Source of the DNA: a virus
Virus record (IMG/VR): IMGVR_UViG_3300022213_000004
Length of the DNA stretch: 64,000 nt
Strand: one strand, 5' to 3'
In this document: positions 10,751-20,068 of the stretch, in pieces
Numbering within the stretch: the first letter of the stretch is position 1
Layout: each line of letters opens with the position of its first letter
Notes under the pieces: model-generated
What the model saw: only the letters and a program-made list of their open reading frames with translations
Database searches by the model: none
Told to the model about the DNA's origin: nothing
Program-made: the position numbers and the translations under genes

Positions 10751-12452
10751 AACTATAAAATGGAAAAATCTGTTATCTACTGGCAATCAATATACGGAAG
10801 TTGATTTTACAAAAAATAAAACTAATTTGATTGTTGGGACTAATGGTGCAGGTAAAAGCACTATTTTGGATGCTCTTTGCTTTTCTTTATTTGGTCGCAG
10901 TTTTAGACGCATAAACAAACCACAACTTATCAATTCTGTAAATGAAAAAGATTGTAAAGTTGAGGTTGAGTTTAGTATTGGAAATGTTGAATGGAAAGTT
11001 GTAAGAGGAATTAAACCTGCTTTGTTTGAAGTGTGGAAAAACGGTTCTATTTTGGACCAATCTGCTGCTGCATTAGATCAACAAAAGTGGTTGGAGCAGA
11101 ATGTTCTAAAGATGAATTTTAAAAGTTTTACTCAAATCGTTATTTTGGGTTCGAGTACTTTTGTTCCTTTTATGCAACTTTCTGCTGCCCATCGTCGGGA
11201 AGTGATTGAGGATTTACTTGATATTAAGATTTTTTCTTCAATGAATATGGTAATCAAAGAGAAAATCCGTCAAGCAAAAGAAGAAATAAAAGTTCTGGAC
11301 CTTAAGAAGCAATCTCTTGCAGAAAAACTTAAGATGCAGGAAGAGTTTATTGAAGAACTTGAGAATCGTGGTAAGGAGAATATTAAAGATAAAGAGGAAA
11401 AGATTGGACAACTTCTTAGCGAAGAAAATAATTGGATAAATGTAAATCAATGTAAGAATGAGGAACTTCAAAAACTTCAGAATCACCTTGAAAATTATGT
11501 TGGTGCTACCGAAAAACTTCGTAAAATGGGAAACCTAAAAGGTAAAATCTCCCAAAAAGTATCTACGATTACCAAAGAGCACAAGTTCTTTACTGAGAAT
11601 ACGGTATGCCCTACTTGCACACAGTCTATTGAAGAGACCTTCAGAATAAATAGAATTACAGACGCTCAAAATAAAGCAAAGGAGTTGCAATCTGGTTATA
11701 AAGAACTGGAGGAAGCAATTAAAGAGGAAGAGGAGCGAGAGCGTCAATTCACCGCTCTATCGAAGGAGATTTCAAACTTAACGAATGGCATTTCTCAAAA
11801 CAATACTAAGATCGCTGGATGTCAAAAACAAATCAGAGATCTTGAACATGAAATTCAAGTTCTTACCGAGAACCTTGCAAACAGAAATTCTGAACATGAG
11901 AAGCTAGAATCCTTCAAAGACAACTTAAAAACTACATACGACGAACTCGCTTCTAAAAAAGACACAATAAACTACTACGATTTTTCGTATAGTTTGCTCA
12001 AAGACGGTGGAGTAAAATCCAAAATCATTAAGAAGTATCTACCGCTGATAAATCAGCAAGTTAACCGTTATCTTCAGATGATGGATTTCTATATTAACTT
12101 CACACTTGATGAGGAATTTAACGAAACCGTCCAGTCACCCATTCATGAAGATTTCTCTTATGCTTCCTTCAGTGAAGGTGAAAAAATGAGGATCGACCTT
12201 GCTCTTCTTTTTACTTGGCGGGAAGTTGCGAGAATGAAGAACTCAGTCAATACCAATCTGCTGATTATGGATGAAGTGTTTGATAGTTCACTTGATGGAT
12301 TTGGAACAGAAGAGTTCCTTAAGATTATTAGATACGTAATAAAAGACGCAAATATTTTTGTTATTTCCCATAAGACTGGATTAGAAGATAGATTTGAAAG
12401 TGTTATTAAGTTCGAAAAGATAAAGGGATTTAGTCGAATGGTCTTTATCTGA
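10737..12452 (+). CDS. gp46: Recombination ATPase subunit (Rad50/SbcC-like)
   Basis: GTNGAGKS, CPTC zinc hook, FSEGEK signature, MDEVFD. Confidence 0.97.
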   Translation: MILFKTIKWKNLLSTGNQYTEVDFTKNKTNLIVGTNGAGKSTILDALCFSLFGRSFRRINKPQLINSVNEKDCKVEVEFSIGNVEWKVVRGIKPALFEVWKNGSILDQSAAALDQQKWLEQNVLKMNFKSFTQIVILGSSTFVPFMQLSAAHRREVIEDLLDIKIFSSMNMVIKEKIRQAKEEIKVLDLKKQSLAEKLKMQEEFIEELENRGKENIKDKEEKIGQLLSEENNWINVNQCKNEELQKLQNHLENYVGATEKLRKMGNLKGKISQKVSTITKEHKFFTENTVCPTCTQSIEETFRINRITDAQNKAKELQSGYKELEEAIKEEEERERQFTALSKEISNLTNGISQNNTKIAGCQKQIRDLEHEIQVLTENLANRNSEHEKLESFKDNLKTTYDELASKKDTINYYDFSYSLLKDGGVKSKIIKKYLPLINQQVNRYLQMMDFYINFTLDEEFNETVQSPIHEDFSYASFSEGEKMRIDLALLFTWREVARMKNSVNTNLLIMDEVFDSSLDGFGTEEFLKIIRYVIKDANIFVISHKTGLEDRFESVIKFEKIKGFSRMVFI

Positions 12453-12531
12453 CCCACTTTCAAAACTGTCCATCCTTAGAGTATTTCTGGAAAACACCTG
12501 CTATATTACTAGAAGTTCAAAAGCAATCCAG

Positions 12532-14715
12532 ATGCCCGTCAATCTAGAAGTTAAAGGTTCTCTTGCCAAATGTCTGGCAACTGAGAACCTGATTATCGAG
12601 CACAAGAAAGTTCCGACTGCAATGTTCGATGTTGACCGTCGTGTTCTGACTCTTCCGAATTGGGATAAAGCATCTGCGACTGTTTATGATCTTCTGGTTG
12701 GTCACGAAGTTGGACACGCACTCTTCACCGATAATATTGACTGGACTAAAGAATATCCTGAAGTTCCTAAGGACTTTGTGAACGTTCTTGAGGATGTCCG
12801 TGTGGAACGTCTGATGAAGAAAAAGTATCCTGGACTTTCTCGGACTTTCTATAATGGTTATAATGAACTGAACTCTGATGACTTCTTTTCAACCAAAGAC
12901 GAGAACCTGGATGAACTGACTTTTATTGACCGAATCAATCTTTACTACAAGATTGGTGCTTTTCATAACATCTGTTTCAATGATGAAGAGAATGAGTTTC
13001 TGACTCGTGCTTCTTTGACTGAAACTTTTGATGAAGTGCTGCAACTTGCTCGTGAAATCGCCGAGTATGTGAAGTATAAAAAGCAAGAGGTTCAGGCAAT
13101 GCCTACTTCTGGCGAAGGTGATTCTTCTCAGGGTGCTGGTGAGAGAACTGAAGGTTCTTCGGATTTTTCTCAAGATGGAGAGAATCAAGACGGTCAGAAC
13201 AAATCTGAACTGGACCAAGATTCGCAGGGTCAGTCTCAAACTGATGGTGAATCTTTTGGTGATGAGATGAATAAGTCTATGGAAGCACCGAGTGGTGGTG
13301 GTTTCGGTCAGGAAGCAAGTAATCAGCACGGTGAAAACAGCAAAGATGAACTGACTTCTAAGACCTCTCGTTCTTTTGATGAAAAGTCTCAAGACCTGGT
13401 GGATAAGTATGCTCAGGAAACTCATTATGTGGAACTTCCTAAGATGAATCTTGAGACGATGATTATTCCTAATGAGTTTATTCATCGTAAGGCAAAAGAG
13501 TTCTATGAAAATCGTGGAACTTATTACAAAGAGACTTTTGATTTTACTTGCAAGGAGTACAATGCCTACAAGAAATCTGCCGAAAAGGAAGTTTCTTATC
13601 TGGTAAAAGAGTTTGAGTGTAAGAAGTCTGCAGACCAATATGCTCGGTCTAGCACTGCCCGCACAGGTGTTCTGGATACTTCCAAACTCCATACCTATAA
13701 GTTTAACGAAGACCTGTTTAAGAAGGTCTCTGTGGTCCCTGATGGTAAGAATCACGGTCTCATCTTCATTCTTGACTGGTCTGGTTCAATGAGTGAGTTT
13801 ATCCTGGATGCTTATAAGCAACTGCTGAATCTGATTTGGTTCTGCCGTAAGGTGAATATTCCTTTCGAGGTGTATGCTTTCACTCTGGATGCTCATTCTT
13901 ATATGGAACTGCAACCCAATCATCCTCCTGTGTATGATAAAGTTGCTGGTGTTCTCTCCCCTGAAGCATCGTTCCGTCTGATGAATTTCTTCACCAGTAA
14001 AGTGAACAATCGAGTTCTCGATGAGCAACTCAAGAACATCTGGTGTGCTTGCTATTCTTATCAGAAACGTTCTGGTGCTGTTCCTCCTCACCTGGACCTT
14101 TCGGGTTCTCCTATTGGTGAAAGTATGATGGCACTGCACTCTCTGATTCCTGATTTTCAGGCAAAGAATAAACTGCAGAAGGTAAATGTTATCTTCCTGA
14201 CTGATGGTGAGGGTTATCAGAATTCGGTGACAGTTTCTCGCAAAGGTCGTTATCCTGATTCTCCCGAATATATCGGTCATACAAAGCATAATCGCACTGC
14301 AGTTCGTGACCGTAAGACTGGTCGTGTCTATCCTGCTCTGGACTATGATAACTTCCCTCGTTATGCAAAAGTTCTTCTGCAGACTGTGAAAGATAGGTTC
14401 CCGACTGTGAATCTGATTAACTTCCGTATTACTCCTGGTCGTGATTTTTCAAATTGCTACCGTTGGTATGGTAGTGGTCAGGAGAACTACGAGAAAGTAA
14501 AGTCCGATTATCGCAAGAACGGATGTGTTCAATTCACTGAAACTGGTTTCGACCAATTCAATGTGATTGCATCATCTTCTCTCGCACAAGATGAAGACTT
14601 TGTGGTTCCCGAGAATGCAACAAAAGCACAAATCAAAACTGCTTTCTCTAAAGTTCTTGGTAAGAAAAAGACTAATAAGAAACTCCTCAGCAACTTTATT
14701 TCTATGGTCGCATAA
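12532..14715 (+). CDS. CobT-like protein: N-terminal HEXXH peptidase-like domain, acidic linker and vWA domain
   Basis: HEVGH, LDWSGSM (MIDAS) and FLTDGE; partner of the downstream MoxR/CobS ATPase. Confidence 0.85.
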   Translation: MPVNLEVKGSLAKCLATENLIIEHKKVPTAMFDVDRRVLTLPNWDKASATVYDLLVGHEVGHALFTDNIDWTKEYPEVPKDFVNVLEDVRVERLMKKKYPGLSRTFYNGYNELNSDDFFSTKDENLDELTFIDRINLYYKIGAFHNICFNDEENEFLTRASLTETFDEVLQLAREIAEYVKYKKQEVQAMPTSGEGDSSQGAGERTEGSSDFSQDGENQDGQNKSELDQDSQGQSQTDGESFGDEMNKSMEAPSGGGFGQEASNQHGENSKDELTSKTSRSFDEKSQDLVDKYAQETHYVELPKMNLETMIIPNEFIHRKAKEFYENRGTYYKETFDFTCKEYNAYKKSAEKEVSYLVKEFECKKSADQYARSSTARTGVLDTSKLHTYKFNEDLFKKVSVVPDGKNHGLIFILDWSGSMSEFILDAYKQLLNLIWFCRKVNIPFEVYAFTLDAHSYMELQPNHPPVYDKVAGVLSPEASFRLMNFFTSKVNNRVLDEQLKNIWCACYSYQKRSGAVPPHLDLSGSPIGESMMALHSLIPDFQAKNKLQKVNVIFLTDGEGYQNSVTVSRKGRYPDSPEYIGHTKHNRTAVRDRKTGRVYPALDYDNFPRYAKVLLQTVKDRFPTVNLINFRITPGRDFSNCYRWYGSGQENYEKVKSDYRKNGCVQFTETGFDQFNVIASSSLAQDEDFVVPENATKAQIKTAFSKVLGKKKTNKKLLSNFISMVA

Positions 14716-14720
14716 TTTCT

Positions 14721-15353
14721 ATGAATTTTTATACCTATGCTTACTTGAGAGAGGATGGCACCCCTTACTATATTGGTAAGGGGGTTGGTAATAGAGCATA
14801 CAAAAAATCTAAAAGAGAGATTAATCCACCAGTAGATAAAAATAGAATAATTTTCTTAAAGAAAAATCTAACGGAAGATGAAGCATTTAGGCACGAAGTT
14901 TATATGATTGATATTTTTGGTAGAAAAGATTTAGGAACAGGTATTTTAAGAAATAAAACTAATGGTGGGGAAGGTCTCTCTGGACTTATTTGGAGTGAAG
15001 AACATAAAGAAAAAATAAGTAAATCGCAAGAAGGTGAATCTAATAGTTTTTATGGTAAATCACATTCTGAAGAGACTAGGAAGAAACTAAGCAATGCATT
15101 TAGTGGAAAAAATCATCCACAATATGGGGGAACAATTTCGGAAGAACATAAACTCATATTGAGTAGAGTTCATAAAGGTAAAATTCCTTGGAATAAAGGG
15201 AAAAAAGGTGTGCAGATTCCTACTGAAGAGACTAGAAGAAAACGCAGTAAAGCAATGAAGGGAAGAAAATGGTGGCATAATCCAATAACAGGAAAAACGC
15301 AAATGTCTATAGAATCTCCTGGAAGTGATTGGGTTTTGGGTAGAACTCCATAG
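14721..15353 (+). CDS. GIY-YIG-like homing endonuclease with NUMOD3 repeats
   Basis: YTYAYLREDGTPYYIGKG; FYGKSHSEETRKK repeats. Confidence 0.85.
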   Translation: MNFYTYAYLREDGTPYYIGKGVGNRAYKKSKREINPPVDKNRIIFLKKNLTEDEAFRHEVYMIDIFGRKDLGTGILRNKTNGGEGLSGLIWSEEHKEKISKSQEGESNSFYGKSHSEETRKKLSNAFSGKNHPQYGGTISEEHKLILSRVHKGKIPWNKGKKGVQIPTEETRRKRSKAMKGRKWWHNPITGKTQMSIESPGSDWVLGRTP

Positions 15354-15402
15354 ACCACCTGGGGGACTGTCCACTGGATACCCCCCTATACCTTTTTCCG
15401 TG

Positions 15403-15780
15403 CTATTGCGGATTAGTTATGGAATATCCTAAACTTTTCAAATATTCTATTGCCCACAACTCTTTGTCTATATTTGAGGTAAATTGAACTCTATTTTTAT
15501 TATTATCCGATTTACTGACCCACTCTAAATTTTCAATATTATAATTTTGCCTATCACGGTCTTTGTGATTTACTTCTGGTAAATTATTTGGGTTTGGAAT
15601 ATAAGTTTCTGCTATCAACCTGTGAACTGCTTTTATTCTCCATACTCCAGCATCATTTTTTACATTAACTACTGGATATCCAAAAGAATTATTGCAAATT
15701 TTTGATAATTTTCCTTTTTTGGAATATATTTTTCCATCTTCTGTTATTTTATAGTTTGAAAATCCTTTTATTGTTTTCAT
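15403..15780 (-). CDS. HNH homing endonuclease (NUMOD4/HNH_3 type)
   Basis: VHRLIAETYIPNPNNLPEVNHKD...NLEWV. Confidence 0.9.
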   Translation of the reverse strand: MKTIKGFSNYKITEDGKIYSKKGKLSKICNNSFGYPVVNVKNDAGVWRIKAVHRLIAETYIPNPNNLPEVNHKDRDRQNYNIENLEWVSKSDNNKNRVQFTSNIDKELWAIEYLKSLGYSITNPQ

Positions 15781-15899
15781 ATAACTATGATTAACTTAAT
15801 CATAGTTATTTATAGATGAAGGACAGTCCAGAAACTGTCCTTACTGACCCCCCTTTTGCCCCACCTTGCCCTATAATAAGAGGGTAATCAACCAAACCG

Positions 15900-17021
15900 A
15901 TGCCTACCAAATCTAACATTATGACCGACCAAGCAATCTCCATTCTGAAGGAAAAGTTTGGCACCGAGTTTGGTGCTGATGCTGTCAAAGAAGTGGCAGA
16001 TGAACTGAATACTTCTTATGCGACTCTCTCCAAGTATCTGAATCAATACAAGGTGGGTCGTGGTAAATGGAATCTGGACCAAACTGTGCAAGACCTTGAA
16101 GAAACTTATGCTTCTCCTTCTGCCAATCCAGTAGCAATTATGGATAATGTAAAACAAAATCTTGTCCCCGAGAAGGATAGTATTTTTATTCCTTTTGGCA
16201 ACTTTACTGATGTTAAGAAAGTTGTTCAGTCTGGGATTTTTTATCCTGTATTCATCACTGGTCTCTCTGGTAATGGTAAAACTTTTAGCATTGAGCAATC
16301 TTGTGCTCAACTAAAACGAGAACTCATTCGTGTTAATATCACGATTGAGACAGACTCTGATGATTTGCTTGGTGGTTTCCGTCTTGTGAATGGGGAAACT
16401 GTGTGGCACAACGGTCCTGTGGTAGAAGCAATGGAACGTGGTGCTATCCTCCTGCTGGATGAGATTGACCTGGCATCTAATAAGATTATGTGTCTGCAAT
16501 CTATTCTTGAAGGAAAGGGTGTGTTCCTTAAGAAAATCGGCAAACACGTTCTTCCCAAGGCAGGTTTCAATGTGATTGCAACTGCAAACACCAAGGGTAA
16601 GGGTTCCGATGACGGTCGTTTTATCGGCACCAATGTTCTCAACGAGGCATTCCTGGAACGATTCCCCATCACGTTCGAGCAAGAGTATCCTACTGTCAGT
16701 GTTGAGACTAAAATCTTGACTAAGGTGGCAGAATCTCTTAAAATTCCTATGATTGGTGAGCATACTGATTTCATCAAACATCTTTGCACCTGGTCTGAGA
16801 TTATTCGTAAGACCTTCAACGATGGTGGTATTGATGAAGTCATTAGTACTCGTCGTCTGGTTCATATCATCAAGGCATATTCTATCTTCGGTAAGAAGGA
16901 CAAAGCAATCAAGGTTTGTCTGAATCGTTTTGATGATGAAACTAAATCAACTTTTGTTGAGTTGTATGATAAGATTGACGCAGAGTTTCAATCTTCCATT
17001 GACAAAGACCAAGTAAATTGA
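15900..17021 (+). CDS. cobS: CobS-like / MoxR AAA+ ATPase
   Basis: GLSGNGKT, LLLDEID, ATANTKGKG, NEAFLERF. Confidence 0.92.
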   Translation: MPTKSNIMTDQAISILKEKFGTEFGADAVKEVADELNTSYATLSKYLNQYKVGRGKWNLDQTVQDLEETYASPSANPVAIMDNVKQNLVPEKDSIFIPFGNFTDVKKVVQSGIFYPVFITGLSGNGKTFSIEQSCAQLKRELIRVNITIETDSDDLLGGFRLVNGETVWHNGPVVEAMERGAILLLDEIDLASNKIMCLQSILEGKGVFLKKIGKHVLPKAGFNVIATANTKGKGSDDGRFIGTNVLNEAFLERFPITFEQEYPTVSVETKILTKVAESLKIPMIGEHTDFIKHLCTWSEIIRKTFNDGGIDEVISTRRLVHIIKAYSIFGKKDKAIKVCLNRFDDETKSTFVELYDKIDAEFQSSIDKDQVN

Positions 17022-17029
17022 TAAAATGT

Positions 17030-17056
17030 GAGGAGGTAAATGTGCCTCCTCTTTTT
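17030..17056 (+). terminator. Intrinsic terminator after cobS
   Basis: GAGGAGGT...GCCTCCTC followed by TTTTT. Confidence 0.7.
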
Positions 17057-17076
17057 GCCCTTTACTATGAAAAACA

Positions 17077-17646
17077 ATGTCTAATGAGTATCCGTATCAA
17101 ATCAATGATTCTGTTGGGAATAAATATGAAGTTTCTCAAGTGAATCCTGATGAGGGGACTGTAAAAGTTTCAAAAATATTTGGGGACACTGTAATTTCTA
17201 GTGGATCTGGAACTGATACAATTTATTTTGGTTCTACTCAACCATCTCAAGACTATTGGTATGAAGATGGAATTAGTCTAACTGGAAATGGTTTTTATGC
17301 TCCTGATACAATTTCTTTTAATGTGAAAATGCCTGAAGATACAAACAAAAATGGTTTTTGGAAGTATGAGGAAGACAAAACTCTAAAGCAAATAGAAGAG
17401 TATCTTGTTAGCACGTACAAATCTCACTATACTTCCGAACAGTCAAAAACTCAAACTCTGGATTTGATTGAAAGTATTGGTGATGCAGAACCATTCACTC
17501 GATCAAATGCTATCAAATACCTTTCTCGTTTTGGTAAGAAAAATGGAAAATCTAAACAGGATATTCTGAAAGCAATTCATTATTGTATTCTTCTGTATCA
17601 TTTTGCTGGACTTCACAAGAACACAACTGGACAATATAACTATTGA
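17077..17646 (+). CDS. Conserved phage protein, C-terminal domain DUF3310-like
   Basis: NAIKYLSRFGKKNGKSKQDILKAIHY motif; TTGACA-17-TAAAAT promoter at 16999-17027. Confidence 0.7.
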   Translation: MSNEYPYQINDSVGNKYEVSQVNPDEGTVKVSKIFGDTVISSGSGTDTIYFGSTQPSQDYWYEDGISLTGNGFYAPDTISFNVKMPEDTNKNGFWKYEEDKTLKQIEEYLVSTYKSHYTSEQSKTQTLDLIESIGDAEPFTRSNAIKYLSRFGKKNGKSKQDILKAIHYCILLYHFAGLHKNTTGQYNY

Positions 17647-17696
17647 TTATTATGAAAGATAATATTCTTCTAAATAATAATAGTTGAAGAATATTA

Positions 17697-18155
17697 ATGC
17701 CAAAAAATCAATACAAAGATAAAACAACAAAAGAATATCAGCAGGAATGGAAAGCCAAAAATAGAGAAAAACAGAGGCAACTTCAAAGAGACCATTATAA
17801 TAAGAAAAAAGAGTATTTGCTTGAAAATGTTGGAAGTGTCTGTGTATCTTGTGGTTCAACATCAAATATTGAATTTGATCACATTAGACCAAGAACATCT
17901 TCCGAAAAAGAGAAGCAAACTCGTCTCAGAACTGATAACACGGGAGGAAACATAGTATGGAATAAAAGACCATCTGCTATGAGTTGGGAATGTATTAAAA
18001 AAGAAATTCCTGATTTACAACCTCTTTGTAGAGATTGTCACCGAAAAAAATCCAACGCACAACTTGCTGCTGCTTGGGAACTTTTTTGCTCCTTAACTCT
18101 TAAGGAACAAACCAAACTTACAAATTTACAATATGGAAAAAATGAAATTCTCTGA
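17697..18155 (+). CDS. HNH endonuclease with zinc-binding CxxC pairs
   Basis: CVSCG...EFDHI...LQPLCRDCH. Confidence 0.85.
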   Translation: MPKNQYKDKTTKEYQQEWKAKNREKQRQLQRDHYNKKKEYLLENVGSVCVSCGSTSNIEFDHIRPRTSSEKEKQTRLRTDNTGGNIVWNKRPSAMSWECIKKEIPDLQPLCRDCHRKKSNAQLAAAWELFCSLTLKEQTKLTNLQYGKNEIL

Positions 18156-18807
18156 CAAAACACTTACGCTTCTGAAGAATTTTTCTTCTATTAATCAAAG
18201 TATTCTATTCAAAAAAGGAAATCACTTGCGTAGTATTAGTGTTATGAAAAACATTCTTGCAGAAGCGACTATTGAAGAAGAACTGCCTAAGGATTTTGGT
18301 ATCTATGATTTGAACCAGTTTCTGAATGGTCTTAATCTTCATCAAAATGCTGAACTGGATTTTCGGAATGATGGTTATGTAGTTATTAAAGAAGGTCGGT
18401 CTCGTTCCAAATACTTCTTCGCAGATCCAAATGTAATCGTTACTCCTCCAGATAAATCCATCTCGCTTCCTTCTGAAGACGTTTGTTTCATCCTTGATAC
18501 CAAGGAACTTGATAAACTCCTTAAGGCTGCTGCTGTTTATCAACTTCCTGACCTGTCTGTGGTTGGTGAAGCAGGTGTGGTGAAACTGGTGGTTCGTGAT
18601 AAGAAGAATGATACATCGAACGATTTTTCTGTGGTAGTTGGTGAGACTGATGAAGTATTCACTTTTAACTTCAAGGTGGAGAACATCAAGATTATTCCTG
18701 GCAACTATGAGGTAGTGATCTCTTCTAAACTTTTGTCACGATTTAAGAATACTGGGTTTGACGTTACGTACTATATCGCGTTGGAACCGGACAGCACTTT
18801 TGGATGA
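18133..18807 (+). CDS. gp45: Sliding clamp
   Basis: LKNFSSINQSI, FGIYDLNQFL, YYIALE. Confidence 0.96.
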   Translation: MEKMKFSDKTLTLLKNFSSINQSILFKKGNHLRSISVMKNILAEATIEEELPKDFGIYDLNQFLNGLNLHQNAELDFRNDGYVVIKEGRSRSKYFFADPNVIVTPPDKSISLPSEDVCFILDTKELDKLLKAAAVYQLPDLSVVGEAGVVKLVVRDKKNDTSNDFSVVVGETDEVFTFNFKVENIKIIPGNYEVVISSKLLSRFKNTGFDVTYYIALEPDSTFG

Positions 18808-18836
18808 TAAAATACTATTGAGTTGAGGAACCTCCC

Positions 18837-19352
18837 ATCAATATCTTCGTTACTTCTCCCTTTCCTGCTGAGAGTGCCATCTGCCTCCCAGACAAGCACG
18901 TTGTCAAGATGCCCTTAGAGTGCTGTCAGATGCTCTCTATCGTGGCATCAGACAAGTGGGGACACGGGTACGGCACCCTCCCTAAGGCAGATGGAACCCC
19001 CTACAAGACCGAGAAAGGAGCATTCCGCAATCATCCCTGCACCAAGTGGGCACTGGAGAGTATCCATAATGCCTATTGGTTAATCAAGTGGGGATTGAAC
19101 TTGTCTGATGAATACTGCCTGCGGTATAATAAAACTCACTCCTGTTATAAGACCCTTGTGGATGCATACTATTTGTTTCCCAAGGGTAAGATTACAGAAG
19201 TGACTCCATTTGCTCGTGCTATGCCTGAGGAATGGAAGTTTGACGATACTATTGACACATTTGAAGCATACAAACGATACATTGCATCCAAACCCTGGGT
19301 TGCTGATAATTATCTTCGTATGCCGTCAAGACGACCCTCTTGGATAATATAA
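18837..19352 (+). CDS. Pyrimidine-dimer DNA glycosylase / DenV-like family protein with apparent ATC start
   Basis: (I)NIFVTSPFPAESAICLPDKHVVKMPLECCQMLS and HPCTKWA motifs. Family-type N-terminus extends 24 codons upstream of the ATG at 18909. Confidence 0.8.
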   Translation: MNIFVTSPFPAESAICLPDKHVVKMPLECCQMLSIVASDKWGHGYGTLPKADGTPYKTEKGAFRNHPCTKWALESIHNAYWLIKWGLNLSDEYCLRYNKTHSCYKTLVDAYYLFPKGKITEVTPFARAMPEEWKFDDTIDTFEAYKRYIASKPWVADNYLRMPSRRPSWII

Positions 19353-19444
19353 ATAATGATGCCTGGTTTGTTCGCACTTTTCAGGTGGGAGAGTAGAAAT
19401 GCTCTCCCTTATAAATACTAATGCGAACAAACAACAGAGCAGAG
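19348..19444 (+). ncRNA. Candidate small structured RNA / leader cassette upstream of endonuclease (copy 1)
   Basis: TATAAATA, GCCTG-[GTTTGTTCGCA]-CTTTTCAGGT, GAAA-tetraloop hairpin, TATAAATA, TGCGAACAAAC. Covaries with the copy at 51044. Confidence 0.7.
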
Positions 19445-20023
19445 ATGTATTACACTTACGCCTATTTGCGTGAAGATGGAACTCCTTACTATATTGGTAA
19501 AGGTAAAGGAGACCGTGCATATAGAAAAGTTGGAAAACCTTGTGCTACTCCAAAAGATAAAAATAAAATAATACAACTCAAAACAAATCTTACAGAAGAA
19601 GAAGCATTCAATCACGAAAGATATATGATTTTTATCCTTGGTAGGAAAGATTTGGGAACTGGTATTTTATTAAACAAATCTGATGGTGGCGAAGGTAGAA
19701 GTGGATATGTTCCAACAGAAGAACTAAAAAGAAATCAAAGTAAGAGGATGAGTGGTGAAAATAATCCTATGTACGGTAAAAAAGGTGTTGAATGTCCTTG
19801 GTATGGGAGAAAACATAGTGAAGAAACAAAAAATAAAATTAGTAAATCTTTAACTGGCGAAAACCATAATTTTTATGGAAAAAAACATAAGCAAGAAACA
19901 AAAGAAAAAATGAGTGAAATTAAAAAAGGAGAAAAAAATAGTTTTTATGGAAGAAAACATACAGAAGAAAGTAGGAGAAAAATGAGGGAAGCAGCAAAAC
20001 GAAGAAAAGAAAAAAGTTCTTGA
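19445..20023 (+). CDS. GIY-YIG-like homing endonuclease with NUMOD3 repeats
   Basis: YTYAYLREDGTPYYIGKG; paralog of 14721..15353; alternative in-frame ATG at 19421. Confidence 0.85.
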   Translation: MYYTYAYLREDGTPYYIGKGKGDRAYRKVGKPCATPKDKNKIIQLKTNLTEEEAFNHERYMIFILGRKDLGTGILLNKSDGGEGRSGYVPTEELKRNQSKRMSGENNPMYGKKGVECPWYGRKHSEETKNKISKSLTGENHNFYGKKHKQETKEKMSEIKKGEKNSFYGRKHTEESRRKMREAAKRRKEKSS

Positions 20024-20068
20024 TTTTTGTTGATTGCCGTGATAAACTAAACACGATTACATTTTATT

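Noticed and set aside
12889-14289. Long minus-strand ORFs (288 and 167 aa), and similar ones opposite cobS and nrdA
   Set aside because: They are antisense to well-supported genes with biased codon use, and have no motifs or RBS.
19361-19410. Known self-cleaving ribozyme as explanation for the cassette
   Set aside because: No hammerhead CTGATGA/GAAA core or HDV-like nested pattern could be fitted by eye; not formally excluded without a covariance search.
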